A stretch of DNA of 56,211 bases from an uncultured Collinsella sp. (GCA_900757235.1 CAAENB010000024.1:1-56211); one strand, 5' to 3'. Counted from the first letter of the stretch, positions 8,636 to 18,398 are shown. The notes: generated by a model from the sequence alone, not told the origin. A program made the numbers and translations.

Positions 8636-10489
8636 ATGCCCGAGAAGATTGAAGAGCTGGTACGCGCTGCGCTTGCTGCGGCCCAGGAGGCCGGCGACCT
8701 TTCCGCATTTGAACTTGACGATTGCGCTATCGAGCGACCGGCTGATACTTCTCATGGCGAGTGGACTTCCACCATGGCTCTGAAGTCCGCCAAGCTGGCT
8801 CACTGCGCCCCGCGCAAGATCGCCGAGGCCGTCGTTGCCCATATGCCCGAGGACCCCGCGATCGAGAAGGTCGAGATCGCCGGCCCCGGCTTCATCAACT
8901 TCTACCTCTCCGTCGCCGTCAAGAACGCCATCTTTGGCGAGGCCCGCGAGAAGGGTATGGACTTTGCTAAGTCCAACGTCGGCGGCGGCCTGAAGACTCA
9001 GGTCGAGTTCGTCTCCGCCAACCCCGTCGGCCCCATGCACATCGGCCACGGCCGCTGGGCTGCTCTGGGCGACTCCCTTTGCCGCGTCATGGACCACGCC
9101 GGTTACGACATCCAGCGTGAGTTCTACATCAACGACCACGGCTCTCAGATGAACACTTTCGGCAACTCCATCAGCACGCGCTACATGCAGCTCGCCGACA
9201 TCATCGCCAAGCAGGGCGTTGATATCGACGAGGCTCACAAGCTGCTGATCGCCGACCGTGACGCCTTTGTTGCCGACGAGAACGACGAGCACCCCGAGAC
9301 CCATCCGTATCAGGACAACTTTGCCGAGACCTTGGGCAAGGACTCTTACGGCGGCGACTACATCATCGACGAGGCCGCCGAGTTCTGGCGCACCGACGGC
9401 GACAAGTGGGTCGACGCCGATCCGCAGGAGCGTATGGAGAGCTTCCGTGAGCGCGGCTACGTGAAGATGGTCGACAACATGCGCGACCTCTGCCACGCCG
9501 TCAACTGCGACTTTGACCGTTGGTACTCCGAGCGCTCGCTGTATGTGAAGGACACCGAGGGCGAGACCGCCGGCACCTCCGCCGTCGACCGCGCTTTTGA
9601 GAAGCTCGACAAGATGGGCTACCTCTACACCAAGGACGGCGCCCTGTGGTTCCGCTCCACCGATCTGGGCGACGACAAGGACCGCGTCCTGATCAAGTCC
9701 GACGGCGAGTACACCTACTTCGCCTCCGACGTCGCCTATCACTGGGATAAGTTCCAGCGCGTCGACCACGTCATCGACATCTGGGGCGCCGACCACCACG
9801 GTTACATCGAGCGCGTCCGCTGCGTCTGCGACGCTCTGGGTTACCCCGGCAAGTTCGAGGTTCTACTGGGCCAGCTCGTCAACCTGCTGCGTAACGGCAA
9901 GCCCGTCCGTATGTCCAAGCGCAAGGGCACCATGGTGACCCTTCAGGAGCTCGTCGACGAGGTTGGCTCCGATGCCGCTCGCTACACGCTCATCTCCAAG
10001 AGCTCCAACCAGATGGTCGACTTCGACATCGAGGCCGTTAAGAAGCGCGACAACTCCAACCCGGTCTATTACGTGCAGTATGCTCACGCCCGCGTGTGCT
10101 CCATCCTGCGCCGTGCCGCCGACGTTACCGCCGAGCAGGCCGACGAGATGGGCATGAAGGCCGTTGCCGCCAAGGCCATCGGTGAGAACGTCGATTACTC
10201 GCTGCTGACCGACCCGACCGAGCTCGCCCTTTCGCGCAAGCTCAACGAGCTCACCGACCTGATCGCCAGCTGTGCTCGCGATCGCGCCCCGTTCCGTCTG
10301 ACCCACTTTGCCGAGGAACTCGCCGGTGACTTCCACAGCTTCTACGCTGCCTGCCAGGTGCTGCCGAGCGAAGGCCGTCCCGTCGACCCCGAGCTTTCGC
10401 GTGCCCGTCTGGCCGCTTGCGATGCCGTCCGCGTGACGCTCGCCCTGGTGCTCACCCTCGTTGGCGTTTCCGCGCCCGAGCAGATGTAA
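8636..10489 (+). CDS. argS: Arginine--tRNA ligase
   Basis: AAGGAG RBS; EFVSANPVGPMHIGHGR, WGADHHGY, MSKRKG, YYVQYAHAR, GVSAPEQM. Confidence 0.97.
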   Translation: MPEKIEELVRAALAAAQEAGDLSAFELDDCAIERPADTSHGEWTSTMALKSAKLAHCAPRKIAEAVVAHMPEDPAIEKVEIAGPGFINFYLSVAVKNAIFGEAREKGMDFAKSNVGGGLKTQVEFVSANPVGPMHIGHGRWAALGDSLCRVMDHAGYDIQREFYINDHGSQMNTFGNSISTRYMQLADIIAKQGVDIDEAHKLLIADRDAFVADENDEHPETHPYQDNFAETLGKDSYGGDYIIDEAAEFWRTDGDKWVDADPQERMESFRERGYVKMVDNMRDLCHAVNCDFDRWYSERSLYVKDTEGETAGTSAVDRAFEKLDKMGYLYTKDGALWFRSTDLGDDKDRVLIKSDGEYTYFASDVAYHWDKFQRVDHVIDIWGADHHGYIERVRCVCDALGYPGKFEVLLGQLVNLLRNGKPVRMSKRKGTMVTLQELVDEVGSDAARYTLISKSSNQMVDFDIEAVKKRDNSNPVYYVQYAHARVCSILRRAADVTAEQADEMGMKAVAAKAIGENVDYSLLTDPTELALSRKLNELTDLIASCARDRAPFRLTHFAEELAGDFHSFYAACQVLPSEGRPVDPELSRARLAACDAVRVTLALVLTLVGVSAPEQM

Positions 10490-10535
10490 CCTGCGGGTCA
10501 TTTGACCGTGTAGGTTTGGTTTAACTGAGCCCTAT

Positions 10536-10568
10536 AAGCCCGATCTCCCACGGAGGTCGGGCTTTTTT
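10536..10568 (+). terminator. Intrinsic terminator after argS
   Basis: AAGCCCGATCTCC-CAC-GGAGGTCGGGCTTTTTT. Confidence 0.8.
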
Positions 10569-10613
10569 CGCAAATGCCGACGTATTGACGAATTTGGAAC
10601 TGCTGGAAATACG

Positions 10614-10764
10614 AAACTATGCCGGTTTACTACGATGAATTGGGAATTTCCAACCACGCCGGCTTTTCGCAAAAAAGCGCAAGGCATCTACCTGCGGTTT
10701 TTAGTTCAACATGTTTCGGAGTGGTCGCGGTTGATCGATTCGTCGTAGTAAACCGCCATAGTTT
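10614..10764. repeat. 151-bp element bounded by 27-bp imperfect inverted repeats (MITE/REPIN-like)
   Basis: AAACTATGCCGGTTTACTACGATGAAT (10614-10640) and ATTCGTCGTAGTAAACCGCCATAGTTT (10738-10764), 25/27 complementary. Confidence 0.75.
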
Positions 10765-11019
10765 TGGCGGAGGCAGTCTGATTTGTGGGTGGTAGACCAA
10801 AGAGTGTCCCTTTTGACTAGTCGTTTAAGAACGCCCCCAATGACTAAGTTGCAGGTGGCGGCGGTTGTGTTACACTAACGCTGCGTAGTTGACGCAATCA
10901 TCTCGATACAGATCAATGATGTCCGTCGTTTTGAACGGAACTAGACTGTTTAGCCGCCCTGAAGGTTTATGCAGGGAGCATGTGATCACAGGGCTTGAAA
11001 AGAAAGTTGAGCAAACACT

Positions 11020-13566
11020 GTGTCTGATCAACAGCAAGAAAACGAAATAACGACGACGCAAGCCGCTCCCGCTGCACCGGTTGCGTCGGACCAGGTCGCG
11101 GCGCCCGCGCAAGCCTCGGCTCCCGAGACGCCTAAGGCTGCTTCGACGCCTGCGCCTGCAACTGGTGAGGAGGCTGCTCCGGCAAAGCCCAAGCTCGCGC
11201 GCCGCACGGCCAAGCCTGCCGCTGACGGCGAGGAGGTCACCAAGCCCAAGCGCCGTACCACGCGCACGACGCGCGCCAAGCGCACCGTTGCAGCTGACTC
11301 CTCGGCGCCGATTTCCGATGAGGTCGCGCAGGCACGTGCGTTGGCGCAGATTAGCGAGGCTCAGGTGGTGCGCGCCCGCCGTCGTGCTGCCGAGCGCGAG
11401 GCCGCGGCTCTGACCGAGCTTGCAGCTCCGTCTGTGCCCGAGACGCCTGCCGCCATCGAGACCCCTGCCGCCGACCTGCCGACCGAGAAGCCGGCACCGC
11501 GCACACGCCGCCGCACGGCTGCTAAGGCCGAGCAAGTTGCGGAACAGGTAGCCCCCGAGCTCACTGAGGCTTCGGTCCGTTCCGCGGCAGGGGAGGGCAC
11601 ATTGCCTGTTGAGCCCGCTGCGCCTGTCGAGGCCAACGAAGTTCCCGTTGTCGATCCGGCTTTGCGCCCGCACCGTCGCGGTCGCAAGCCCAAGGCCTTT
11701 GTCGAGGCAGAGAAGGCCGCAGCAGCAGCCGCCGCCGCTCGGGATGCTGCGGCGACCGCCGAGTCTGCAACCGCTGCCGATGCACCCGTCCAGGATGCTA
11801 CGACTTCCGAGGCCGCTCCCGCCGATGCCGAGCCCGCCGACGTCCGTCCCGGTCGCAGCCGTCGTACTGCTGCTAAGCGCACGTCCAAGGCCAAGGCTGC
11901 CAAGAAGGGTGCGTCCGAGGATTCTGCCGAGACGACCGCCGATGCGTCGACTGATGTCGCCAAGGCCCAGGACGTCGAACAGCCTGCGTCCGAGAAGCCC
12001 AAGCGCGGTCGTAAGAAGTCCGTTAAGGCCAAGGCGTCCGAGCAGCAGGATGTCGAAGCGCAGGTTGATTCTGGCGCCGAGGCCAATGACGCCGCCGCGG
12101 CCAATGTTGGCACCGCCGCAACCGATGGTGCCGCCCCCGCTGAGGGCGAAGACGGCACTCGTCCCAACCGTCGCCAGCACAAGCGCAACGACGAGCGCAA
12201 CGAGCGTAAGGACGACCGCAACAACGACCGTCGCAACCGCCAGCGCGATCGCAAACAGCGCAACAAGGAGCGTAATGCCGCTCCCACCGAGCCCACGCTT
12301 TCGCGCGAGGAACTCGCGGCCATGAAGGTCGCTGAGCTGCGCGAGAAGGCTAAGGAGTTCGAGATCGAGACGACCGGCAAGAAGAAGGCCGAGCTCGTCG
12401 AGGAAATCTACGTCACCGCTGCGAAGGCCGAGGGCTTCCGCGACATCAAGGGCATTCTGCAGATTCGCCCGGACAGCTCCGGCATCATCCACGCCCATGG
12501 CTACATGAAGTCCAACGACGACGCCTTCGTGCCCGCCTACCTCATCCGCTCCGCGCGCCTGCGCACGGGCGACGTCATCGAGGGCTCGCTGCGTCCTTCG
12601 CGCGGCGGCGACAAGCGCGCCGGCCTCGCCAAAATCACGACCGTCAACGGTCTGGACCCCGAGCAGATTCGCAACCGTCCCAAGTTCGGCGACCTCACCC
12701 CGGTCTATCCCAACGAGCCGCTGCGCATGGAGCACGGCAAGGACTCTATTACCGGCCGCGCCATCGACATCGTGTCACCGATCGGCAAGGGCCAGCGCGG
12801 CCTGATCGTGTCCCCGCCCAAGGCCGGCAAGACCACGATCCTCAAGAAGATCTGCCAGTCTATCTCGATTAACAACCCCGAGGTGCACCTCATCTGCCTG
12901 CTCGTCGACGAGCGCCCCGAAGAGGTCACCGATATGCAGCGTTCCATCAAGGGTGAGGTTGTGGCGTCGACCTTCGATATGCCTGCCGACAACCACACCC
13001 GCGTGGCAGAGCTCGTCATCGAGCGCGCAAAGCGCATCGTAGAGCTGGGTGGCGACGTCGTGGTGGTGCTCGACTCCATCACGCGCCTCGCCCGCGCCTA
13101 CAACTTGGCGGCGCCCGCCTCGGGCCGCATCCTTTCGGGCGGCGTCGATTCGGCGGCCCTATATCCGCCCAAGCGCTTCCTGGGTGCAGCCCGCAATATC
13201 GAGAACGGTGGCTCGCTTACCATCCTGGCCTCTGCCCTCATCGACACCGGTTCCAAGATGGACGAGGTCATCTTTGAGGAGTTCAAGGGCACCGGCAACA
13301 TGGAGCTTAAGCTCGACCGCGACCTGGCCGACCGCCGCATCTTCCCGGCTATCGACCCCGTTGCCTCCGGTACGCGTAACGAGGATCTGTTGGTCGACGA
13401 GCAGATGCGTCCGTTTGTCTTTGGTCTGCGTCGCATTCTTGCCGGCATGAACAACACCGAGCGCGCGGCCGCATCGTTTATTAAGGGTCTTAAGGGCACC
13501 AACACGAACCAGGAGTTCCTGGTGCGTTCGGCCAAAAAACACAGCGACTACGAGCAGACGTTCTAG
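11020..13566 (+). CDS. rho: Transcription termination factor Rho with long low-complexity N-terminal extension
   Basis: Rho_N helix bundle at about residue 430, PIGKGQRGLIVSPPKAGKT, DERPEEVTD, DSITRLARAYN, FKGTGNMEL. GTG start is uncertain. Confidence 0.95.
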   Translation: MSDQQQENEITTTQAAPAAPVASDQVAAPAQASAPETPKAASTPAPATGEEAAPAKPKLARRTAKPAADGEEVTKPKRRTTRTTRAKRTVAADSSAPISDEVAQARALAQISEAQVVRARRRAAEREAAALTELAAPSVPETPAAIETPAADLPTEKPAPRTRRRTAAKAEQVAEQVAPELTEASVRSAAGEGTLPVEPAAPVEANEVPVVDPALRPHRRGRKPKAFVEAEKAAAAAAAARDAAATAESATAADAPVQDATTSEAAPADAEPADVRPGRSRRTAAKRTSKAKAAKKGASEDSAETTADASTDVAKAQDVEQPASEKPKRGRKKSVKAKASEQQDVEAQVDSGAEANDAAAANVGTAATDGAAPAEGEDGTRPNRRQHKRNDERNERKDDRNNDRRNRQRDRKQRNKERNAAPTEPTLSREELAAMKVAELREKAKEFEIETTGKKKAELVEEIYVTAAKAEGFRDIKGILQIRPDSSGIIHAHGYMKSNDDAFVPAYLIRSARLRTGDVIEGSLRPSRGGDKRAGLAKITTVNGLDPEQIRNRPKFGDLTPVYPNEPLRMEHGKDSITGRAIDIVSPIGKGQRGLIVSPPKAGKTTILKKICQSISINNPEVHLICLLVDERPEEVTDMQRSIKGEVVASTFDMPADNHTRVAELVIERAKRIVELGGDVVVVLDSITRLARAYNLAAPASGRILSGGVDSAALYPPKRFLGAARNIENGGSLTILASALIDTGSKMDEVIFEEFKGTGNMELKLDRDLADRRIFPAIDPVASGTRNEDLLVDEQMRPFVFGLRRILAGMNNTERAAASFIKGLKGTNTNQEFLVRSAKKHSDYEQTF

Positions 13567-13605
13567 GTTGTCATCCACACGCAACGATAGTCATCAATGC
13601 GATAG

Positions 13606-13635
13606 AGGGTCGGGGCTTTGAGCCTCGGCCCTTTT
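13606..13635 (+). terminator. Intrinsic terminator after rho
   Basis: AGGGTCGGGGC-TTTGA-GCCTCGGCCCTTTT. Confidence 0.6.
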
Positions 13636-13879
13636 CCGTAGCGCCGCTCCGCGCTTATTTTTGACCGTAAGACCGACGAGCAGCAGGTTTCCCGTTTCAA
13701 TCCGACATCGTCGCTTGCAATCGGCAGGGCGGTTTCGCATAATAGCTTTTAAGCTTCGCGACGGAAAACGCAGATGAAACGAACCATATACCGTTGCTTT
13801 GGGGCATAGCCCCGCTTCATCTTCTCTCGCGCAGCCAACTGAATGATGCGATTTGGGTGCTGGAAGATGGGGAGAGCTC

Positions 13880-15280
13880 ATGGCTTCTTCTGATGCAACA
13901 CAACGAGCAGTCCTCGCCGGACTTTCGTGTGGGATCGGCCTTGCCGCTCCCGTGGTTATGTATGCCGCGACGCTGCCGTTTTCGTCGGTGAACGAGACGG
14001 TCGTGGCGGGTGCAGTTCCCTTCGCCGTGGGCGCGGTGGCGGGCGTGGGTATCTATGCCGCCTCGCTGGGTATCTCCGAGTATCGTGCGCAGCGTGAAGA
14101 GCGTCTGTTCCAGCCCGATGCCATGGGCGGTGCCGCCAATCTCAATCAGCATCAAAGCGAGTTCAAGACCGCCTCGATTCCAGCTCAGCAGCAGGATGCG
14201 ACTCCTTACGCTGCGACTTCTGCTTCTCAGGCTCAGTCGGAGCAGTCTAACTCGGCATTCCTTTCCGGCCTGACTGGTGCGTTCCAGCGCCGTCATGCCG
14301 ACGATGGTGTTCCTACCATTGCTCGTGCCGCAGATGCTATGGACGAGGCCGAGGCTTGGTCCATGATCGACAGCATGCTCGACGACGATTCGCCGGTTAG
14401 CTGCGACCCTGCGCGCTCGCGCGACGTCTATCAAGTCGCCATCGACGAGCTCACCAACGGCGGGCAGACCGGCTCCTTCAATCGCGACGACATCGCCGCC
14501 GCGGCGCGTGCCGTGTCGGGCTCCCAGGCCGCCCCTGCGGGCAGCACGGCGGCTTTTGTGGCACTCGTTGCCAACGCGGCAGCCAATAACGCCTACAGCG
14601 CTACCTCGGCGGACGCGAACGTTTCTGCCGATAATTCGTACGTTGATGAAGCCATGACCGCGGACGAGGAGGCCGTTGCCGCCCGCCGTGCCGCCGAAAG
14701 CTCGCTTTGGGGCGCTCCTGCCCAGCAGCAGGCGGCTGAGGCTGCGCCGTACAACGCAAACCTCGCCAGCATGCCTATCATTTCCGGTGCCGCGGACATC
14801 GATCTCGATGACCTCGATGAGCCTGCAGCCATCACCGCATCGATTGATGCCCAAGATCGCATCGACACCGGCGACCTTCCGGACGCCTCGCTCGAGGTTG
14901 ATGTCCCCATGGCCGATTACTCGGGCCACGAGGACATGTGGGCCGCCGCCACCGCGATTCTGGATGAGATTGACGAGCCTGCTCCTGTTGCAGCCCCCGC
15001 TCCCGTCGCTGCCCCTCAGCCTGCTGCCCCCGCCTATGTCGGCCGTCACAGCGCTGTGTTCCCCGAGGATACTGCCCGTATCTCGCGCGAGAGCATCGAG
15101 CGGGCCGAGGCTATTGCCGCCGGCATTATGGAAAACCGTCGTCACGAGCGCGTCAATCAGATCCTCGAGGAAGAGATCGAGCGCCTGCAGTCCTCTACCG
15201 CCAAGCGTACGGGCCGTGCCTATCTGAGCGTTATCGAGGGCGGTACCGCCAGCTTCGCGCCGCTCCGCGCGGAGGCATAA
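13880..15280 (+). CDS. Hypothetical membrane protein (two N-terminal hydrophobic segments, long acidic Ala-rich tail)
   Basis: GGAGAG RBS, host-like codon usage, hydrophobic N-terminus. Confidence 0.7.
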   Translation: MASSDATQRAVLAGLSCGIGLAAPVVMYAATLPFSSVNETVVAGAVPFAVGAVAGVGIYAASLGISEYRAQREERLFQPDAMGGAANLNQHQSEFKTASIPAQQQDATPYAATSASQAQSEQSNSAFLSGLTGAFQRRHADDGVPTIARAADAMDEAEAWSMIDSMLDDDSPVSCDPARSRDVYQVAIDELTNGGQTGSFNRDDIAAAARAVSGSQAAPAGSTAAFVALVANAAANNAYSATSADANVSADNSYVDEAMTADEEAVAARRAAESSLWGAPAQQQAAEAAPYNANLASMPIISGAADIDLDDLDEPAAITASIDAQDRIDTGDLPDASLEVDVPMADYSGHEDMWAAATAILDEIDEPAPVAAPAPVAAPQPAAPAYVGRHSAVFPEDTARISRESIERAEAIAAGIMENRRHERVNQILEEEIERLQSSTAKRTGRAYLSVIEGGTASFAPLRAEA

Positions 15281-15287
15281 CTTCTGC

Positions 15288-15737
15288 ATGGTTAAGATCA
15301 ATCGAAAATGGGCGGTCGTGACCTGCCTGATGGCGCTCTTGATCTGGGGCAATTCGCTGGTTCCCGGCTCGGGGTCGGGCTCGCTGAGCCTAACGGTCAT
15401 GGAAGCTATCCGCGGTTTCCTGCACAGCGTGGGACTTCCATATGAATGGGTGACCAACTTTGTTGTTCGCAAATGCGCGCATTTTACCGAGTATATGGTG
15501 CTCGGCATCTTGGCAACGCACGCCTTTGATTTTGAGGGCCGGCGCACCTTTGACGTGCTGCTGCCCACGGCGGTGTTCCTGCTGCTGATTCCTTCGATCG
15601 ACGAGACGATTCAGCTCTTTGTGCCGGGACGCGCCGGCATGATCACCGATGTGATGATCGACTGCTGTGGAGCGGCAACGGGCGTTGTGCTCCGATATCT
15701 CTTACGGCCGCTGATGCGCGCCAAAAAAGCCGCCTAG
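15288..15737 (+). CDS. VanZ family membrane protein
   Basis: VRKCAHFTEYMVLG, DETIQLFVPGR, DVMID motifs. Confidence 0.85.
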   Translation: MVKINRKWAVVTCLMALLIWGNSLVPGSGSGSLSLTVMEAIRGFLHSVGLPYEWVTNFVVRKCAHFTEYMVLGILATHAFDFEGRRTFDVLLPTAVFLLLIPSIDETIQLFVPGRAGMITDVMIDCCGAATGVVLRYLLRPLMRAKKAA

Positions 15738-15769
15738 GACGTATTGTTTGGTCCTAGGCGGCCTTTTTT
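15723..15769. terminator. Bidirectional terminator between the VanZ-family and ROK kinase genes
   Basis: AAAAAAGCCGCCTAGGAC...GTCCTAGGCGGCCTTTTTT. Confidence 0.75.
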
Positions 15770-15851
15770 ATTTGAGGGCTTATATGAGACGTGGTGGCGT
15801 CGTTCCGTAGATCGGATTTGCCGGGCGCGCCACGCCCTGTGGGTGCGTCTG

Positions 15852-16742
15852 CTACTGAAGCGCCTGTGCGCCCAGGGCCAGGCAGCCCATAATGCCCTGC
15901 TTGCCCTCGAGGCTGTTGTTGACGATGTAGTTATCGATGTCGGCCATCTCGGGCGTGACGATGTAGCCGTTGAGCATCTCGGCGCACTTCTTGCGCGCGA
16001 GCGGCACGATGGGGGTGTGGTCGGCCACGCCGCCACCGATGACGATCTTTTGCGGTGCGTAGCACAGGATGTAGGTCATGAGCGCCTGCGCCAGATAGCC
16101 GGCGAGCAGGCCCATGGCCTCCGGGTCATCGGCCATCTCTCCGGCGCTCTTGCCACCCCAGCGCTTTTTGACGCCGGGACCGGCGATGAGGCCCTCGAGG
16201 CAGTTGTCGTGGAAGGGGCAGCCGCTGTGCTCGCCAATGGCGTCGCGCGGGTCGCGAGTGACCAGGATGTGGCCGGCCTCGGGATGCATCATGCCGTGCA
16301 CGAGCTTACCGCCCGAGAGCACGCCGGCGCCCACGCCGGTACCGATGGTCAGATACACCACGTCAGTGAGGCCCTGGGCGCAACCAAAGGTGACCTCGCC
16401 CAGGCAGGCGACGTTGACGTCGGTGTCGTAGCCGCAGGGAATATTGAGCTCGTTTTGGATGGTGCCCAGCAGGTCAAAGTAGCGCCATGCCGTTTTGGGC
16501 GTCTCCAGGATCTTGCCGTATTGGGACGAGGCAGGGTTGACTGCGGTGGGGCCAAAGGCGCCGATGCCCAGCGCGGCGATGTCCTTGTCGGCAAACCATG
16601 CGTTGACGGCCTCAACGGTCTCCTGCGGGGTCGTGGTCGCAATCTGCTCGCGTTCCAGGACCGTGCCGTCTGCATAGCCCGTGGCGCAGACCATCTTGGT
16701 GCCGCCGGCCTCGAGCGCTCCGATAAGCTGCTGCTCTGCCAT
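15852..16742 (-). CDS. ROK family kinase, probable fructokinase
   Basis: EAGGTKMVC, GIGAFGP, DTDVN, TIGTGVGAG, HPEAGH, CPFHDNCLEG. Confidence 0.88.
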   Translation of the reverse strand: MAEQQLIGALEAGGTKMVCATGYADGTVLEREQIATTTPQETVEAVNAWFADKDIAALGIGAFGPTAVNPASSQYGKILETPKTAWRYFDLLGTIQNELNIPCGYDTDVNVACLGEVTFGCAQGLTDVVYLTIGTGVGAGVLSGGKLVHGMMHPEAGHILVTRDPRDAIGEHSGCPFHDNCLEGLIAGPGVKKRWGGKSAGEMADDPEAMGLLAGYLAQALMTYILCYAPQKIVIGGGVADHTPIVPLARKKCAEMLNGYIVTPEMADIDNYIVNNSLEGKQGIMGCLALGAQALQ

Positions 16743-16878
16743 AGTATTCCTCTCTGGACGAGTTGCTCCGTGACTAAAGTATAGCGCTCTAAATAATAAA
16801 TGAGGTCGCTATAAAAAGAAACCTCATGGCCCAACGAGTTCACGAGGTTTCTTTAGTGCCTTTAGTTACTGACCGTCC

Positions 16879-18060
16879 TTACCCGCGCGGCTCGATTTTA
16901 TCACGCAGAGACTTGAGGTTCTCAAGCGCCGCGTTAAGCGTCTCGTCTCGCTTGGCAAAGTGGAAACGAATCAGATGGTTGACGGGCTCGCGGAAGAAGC
17001 TCGAGCCGGGCACGGCGCCCACGCCCACCTTGGAGGCCAAATCCTCGCAGAAGTCGAGGTCGCTGTTATAGCCAAACTCCGAGATATCCATCATCACGTA
17101 GTAGGCGCCCTGCGGCACGTTGTGCGTGAGTCCGATGCTGTCGAGTCCCTGACAGAATAGGTCGCGCTTGGCGGTGTAGAGGTCGAGGACCTCCTGGTAA
17201 TAACTGTCGTCGAAGTTGAGGGCGGTGACGACGGCCTCTTGCAGGGGAGCGGCGGCGCCTACGGTGAGGAAGTCGTGGACCTTTTTGATGCGCTCGGTGA
17301 TTTCGGCGGGAGCGATGGTGTAGCCTAGGCGCCAGCCGGTGATGGAGTAGGTCTTGGACAGCGAGCTGCAGCTGATGGTGCGCTCAAACATGCCGGGCAG
17401 CGTGGCCATGTACACATGCTCGTGGGGCGCGTAGACGATGTGCTCGTACACCTCGTCGGTGATGCAGTAGGCGTCGCACTTCTTGCACAGGTCGGCAATA
17501 AAAGTGAGCTCCTCGCGCGTAAAGACCTTGCCACAGGGGTTGGACGGGTTGCATAGGACGATTGCCTTGGGATCGTTGTCGCGGAAGGCCGCCTCCAGGA
17601 CCTCACGGTCAAAGTCAAAGGTGGGCGGGTTGAGCGGCACGTAGATGGGCTCGGCACCCGAGAGGATCGTGTCGGCGCCGTAGTTCTCGTAGAACGGCGA
17701 GAAAATGACGACCTTGTCGCCGGGGTTTGTGACCGTCATCATGGCGGCCATCATGGCCTCGGTGGAGCCGCAGGTGACCACGATGTTCTCGTTGGGGTTG
17801 ATCGGCATGCCCATAAAGTGCTCCTGCTTGGCGGCAAGCGCCTCACGCATGGCCTGGGAGCCCCAGGTGATGGAGTACTGGTGATAGAGCGGCTTGGGGT
17901 CGCTGGCGATGGCGCTCAGGCTGTTGAGCAGCTGCGCCGGGGGATCGAAGTCGGGGAAGCCCTGCGACAGGTTGACGGCGCCATACTTATTGGAGATGCG
18001 CGTCATGCGGCGGATGACCGAATCGGTAAACGTTGCCGTACGGTTGGAGAGTTCTTTCAT
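16879..18060 (-). CDS. PLP-dependent aminotransferase class I/II
   Basis: NLSQGFPDF, NPSNPCG, DEVYEH, SLSKTYSITGWRLG. Confidence 0.9.
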   Translation of the reverse strand: MKELSNRTATFTDSVIRRMTRISNKYGAVNLSQGFPDFDPPAQLLNSLSAIASDPKPLYHQYSITWGSQAMREALAAKQEHFMGMPINPNENIVVTCGSTEAMMAAMMTVTNPGDKVVIFSPFYENYGADTILSGAEPIYVPLNPPTFDFDREVLEAAFRDNDPKAIVLCNPSNPCGKVFTREELTFIADLCKKCDAYCITDEVYEHIVYAPHEHVYMATLPGMFERTISCSSLSKTYSITGWRLGYTIAPAEITERIKKVHDFLTVGAAAPLQEAVVTALNFDDSYYQEVLDLYTAKRDLFCQGLDSIGLTHNVPQGAYYVMMDISEFGYNSDLDFCEDLASKVGVGAVPGSSFFREPVNHLIRFHFAKRDETLNAALENLKSLRDKIEPRG

Positions 18061-18225
18061 GCTTGTCCTTTCGAGCATTTGCAGTGGGGCAAGTTTACTC
18101 CTATGAAACCGGTGGGAATTGCTCGAAACGCGCTTGAAAAACTCTTTTCAAAATTCTTGAAAATTGGGGCTTGCATCGCGTGGCGTTCCTTGCAATAATA
18201 GTCGAGCGCGAAGCGCACAGGACAC

Positions 18226-18303
18226 GGTGGGTGTAGCTCAGTTGGCTAGAGCGACGGGTTGTGGTCCCGTAGGTCGAGGGTTCGAGTCCCTTTACCCACC
18301 CCA
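18226..18303 (+). tRNA. tRNA-His (GTG)
   Basis: Cloverleaf with G-1, anticodon arm ACGGG-TTGTGGT-CCCGT, GGTTCGA T-arm, encoded CCA. Confidence 0.95.
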
Positions 18304-18325
18304 GTTCTTGCTTCGTGTTGATATC

Positions 18326-18398
18326 GGGTCGTTAGCTCAGTTGGTAGAGCAGGGGACTCTTAATCCCAAGGTCCAGGGTTCGACCCCCTGACGGCCCA
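18326..18398 (+). tRNA. tRNA-Lys (CTT)
   Basis: GGGTCGT...ACGGCCC acceptor stem, anticodon loop CTCTTAA; followed by CCC rather than CCA. Confidence 0.95.

Noticed and set aside
10870..15568. Long antisense ORFs (621 aa, 583 aa and similar ones opposite proA, GGGtGRT and the GTs)
   Set aside because: Shadow frames expected in high-GC coding DNA; no motifs or RBS.
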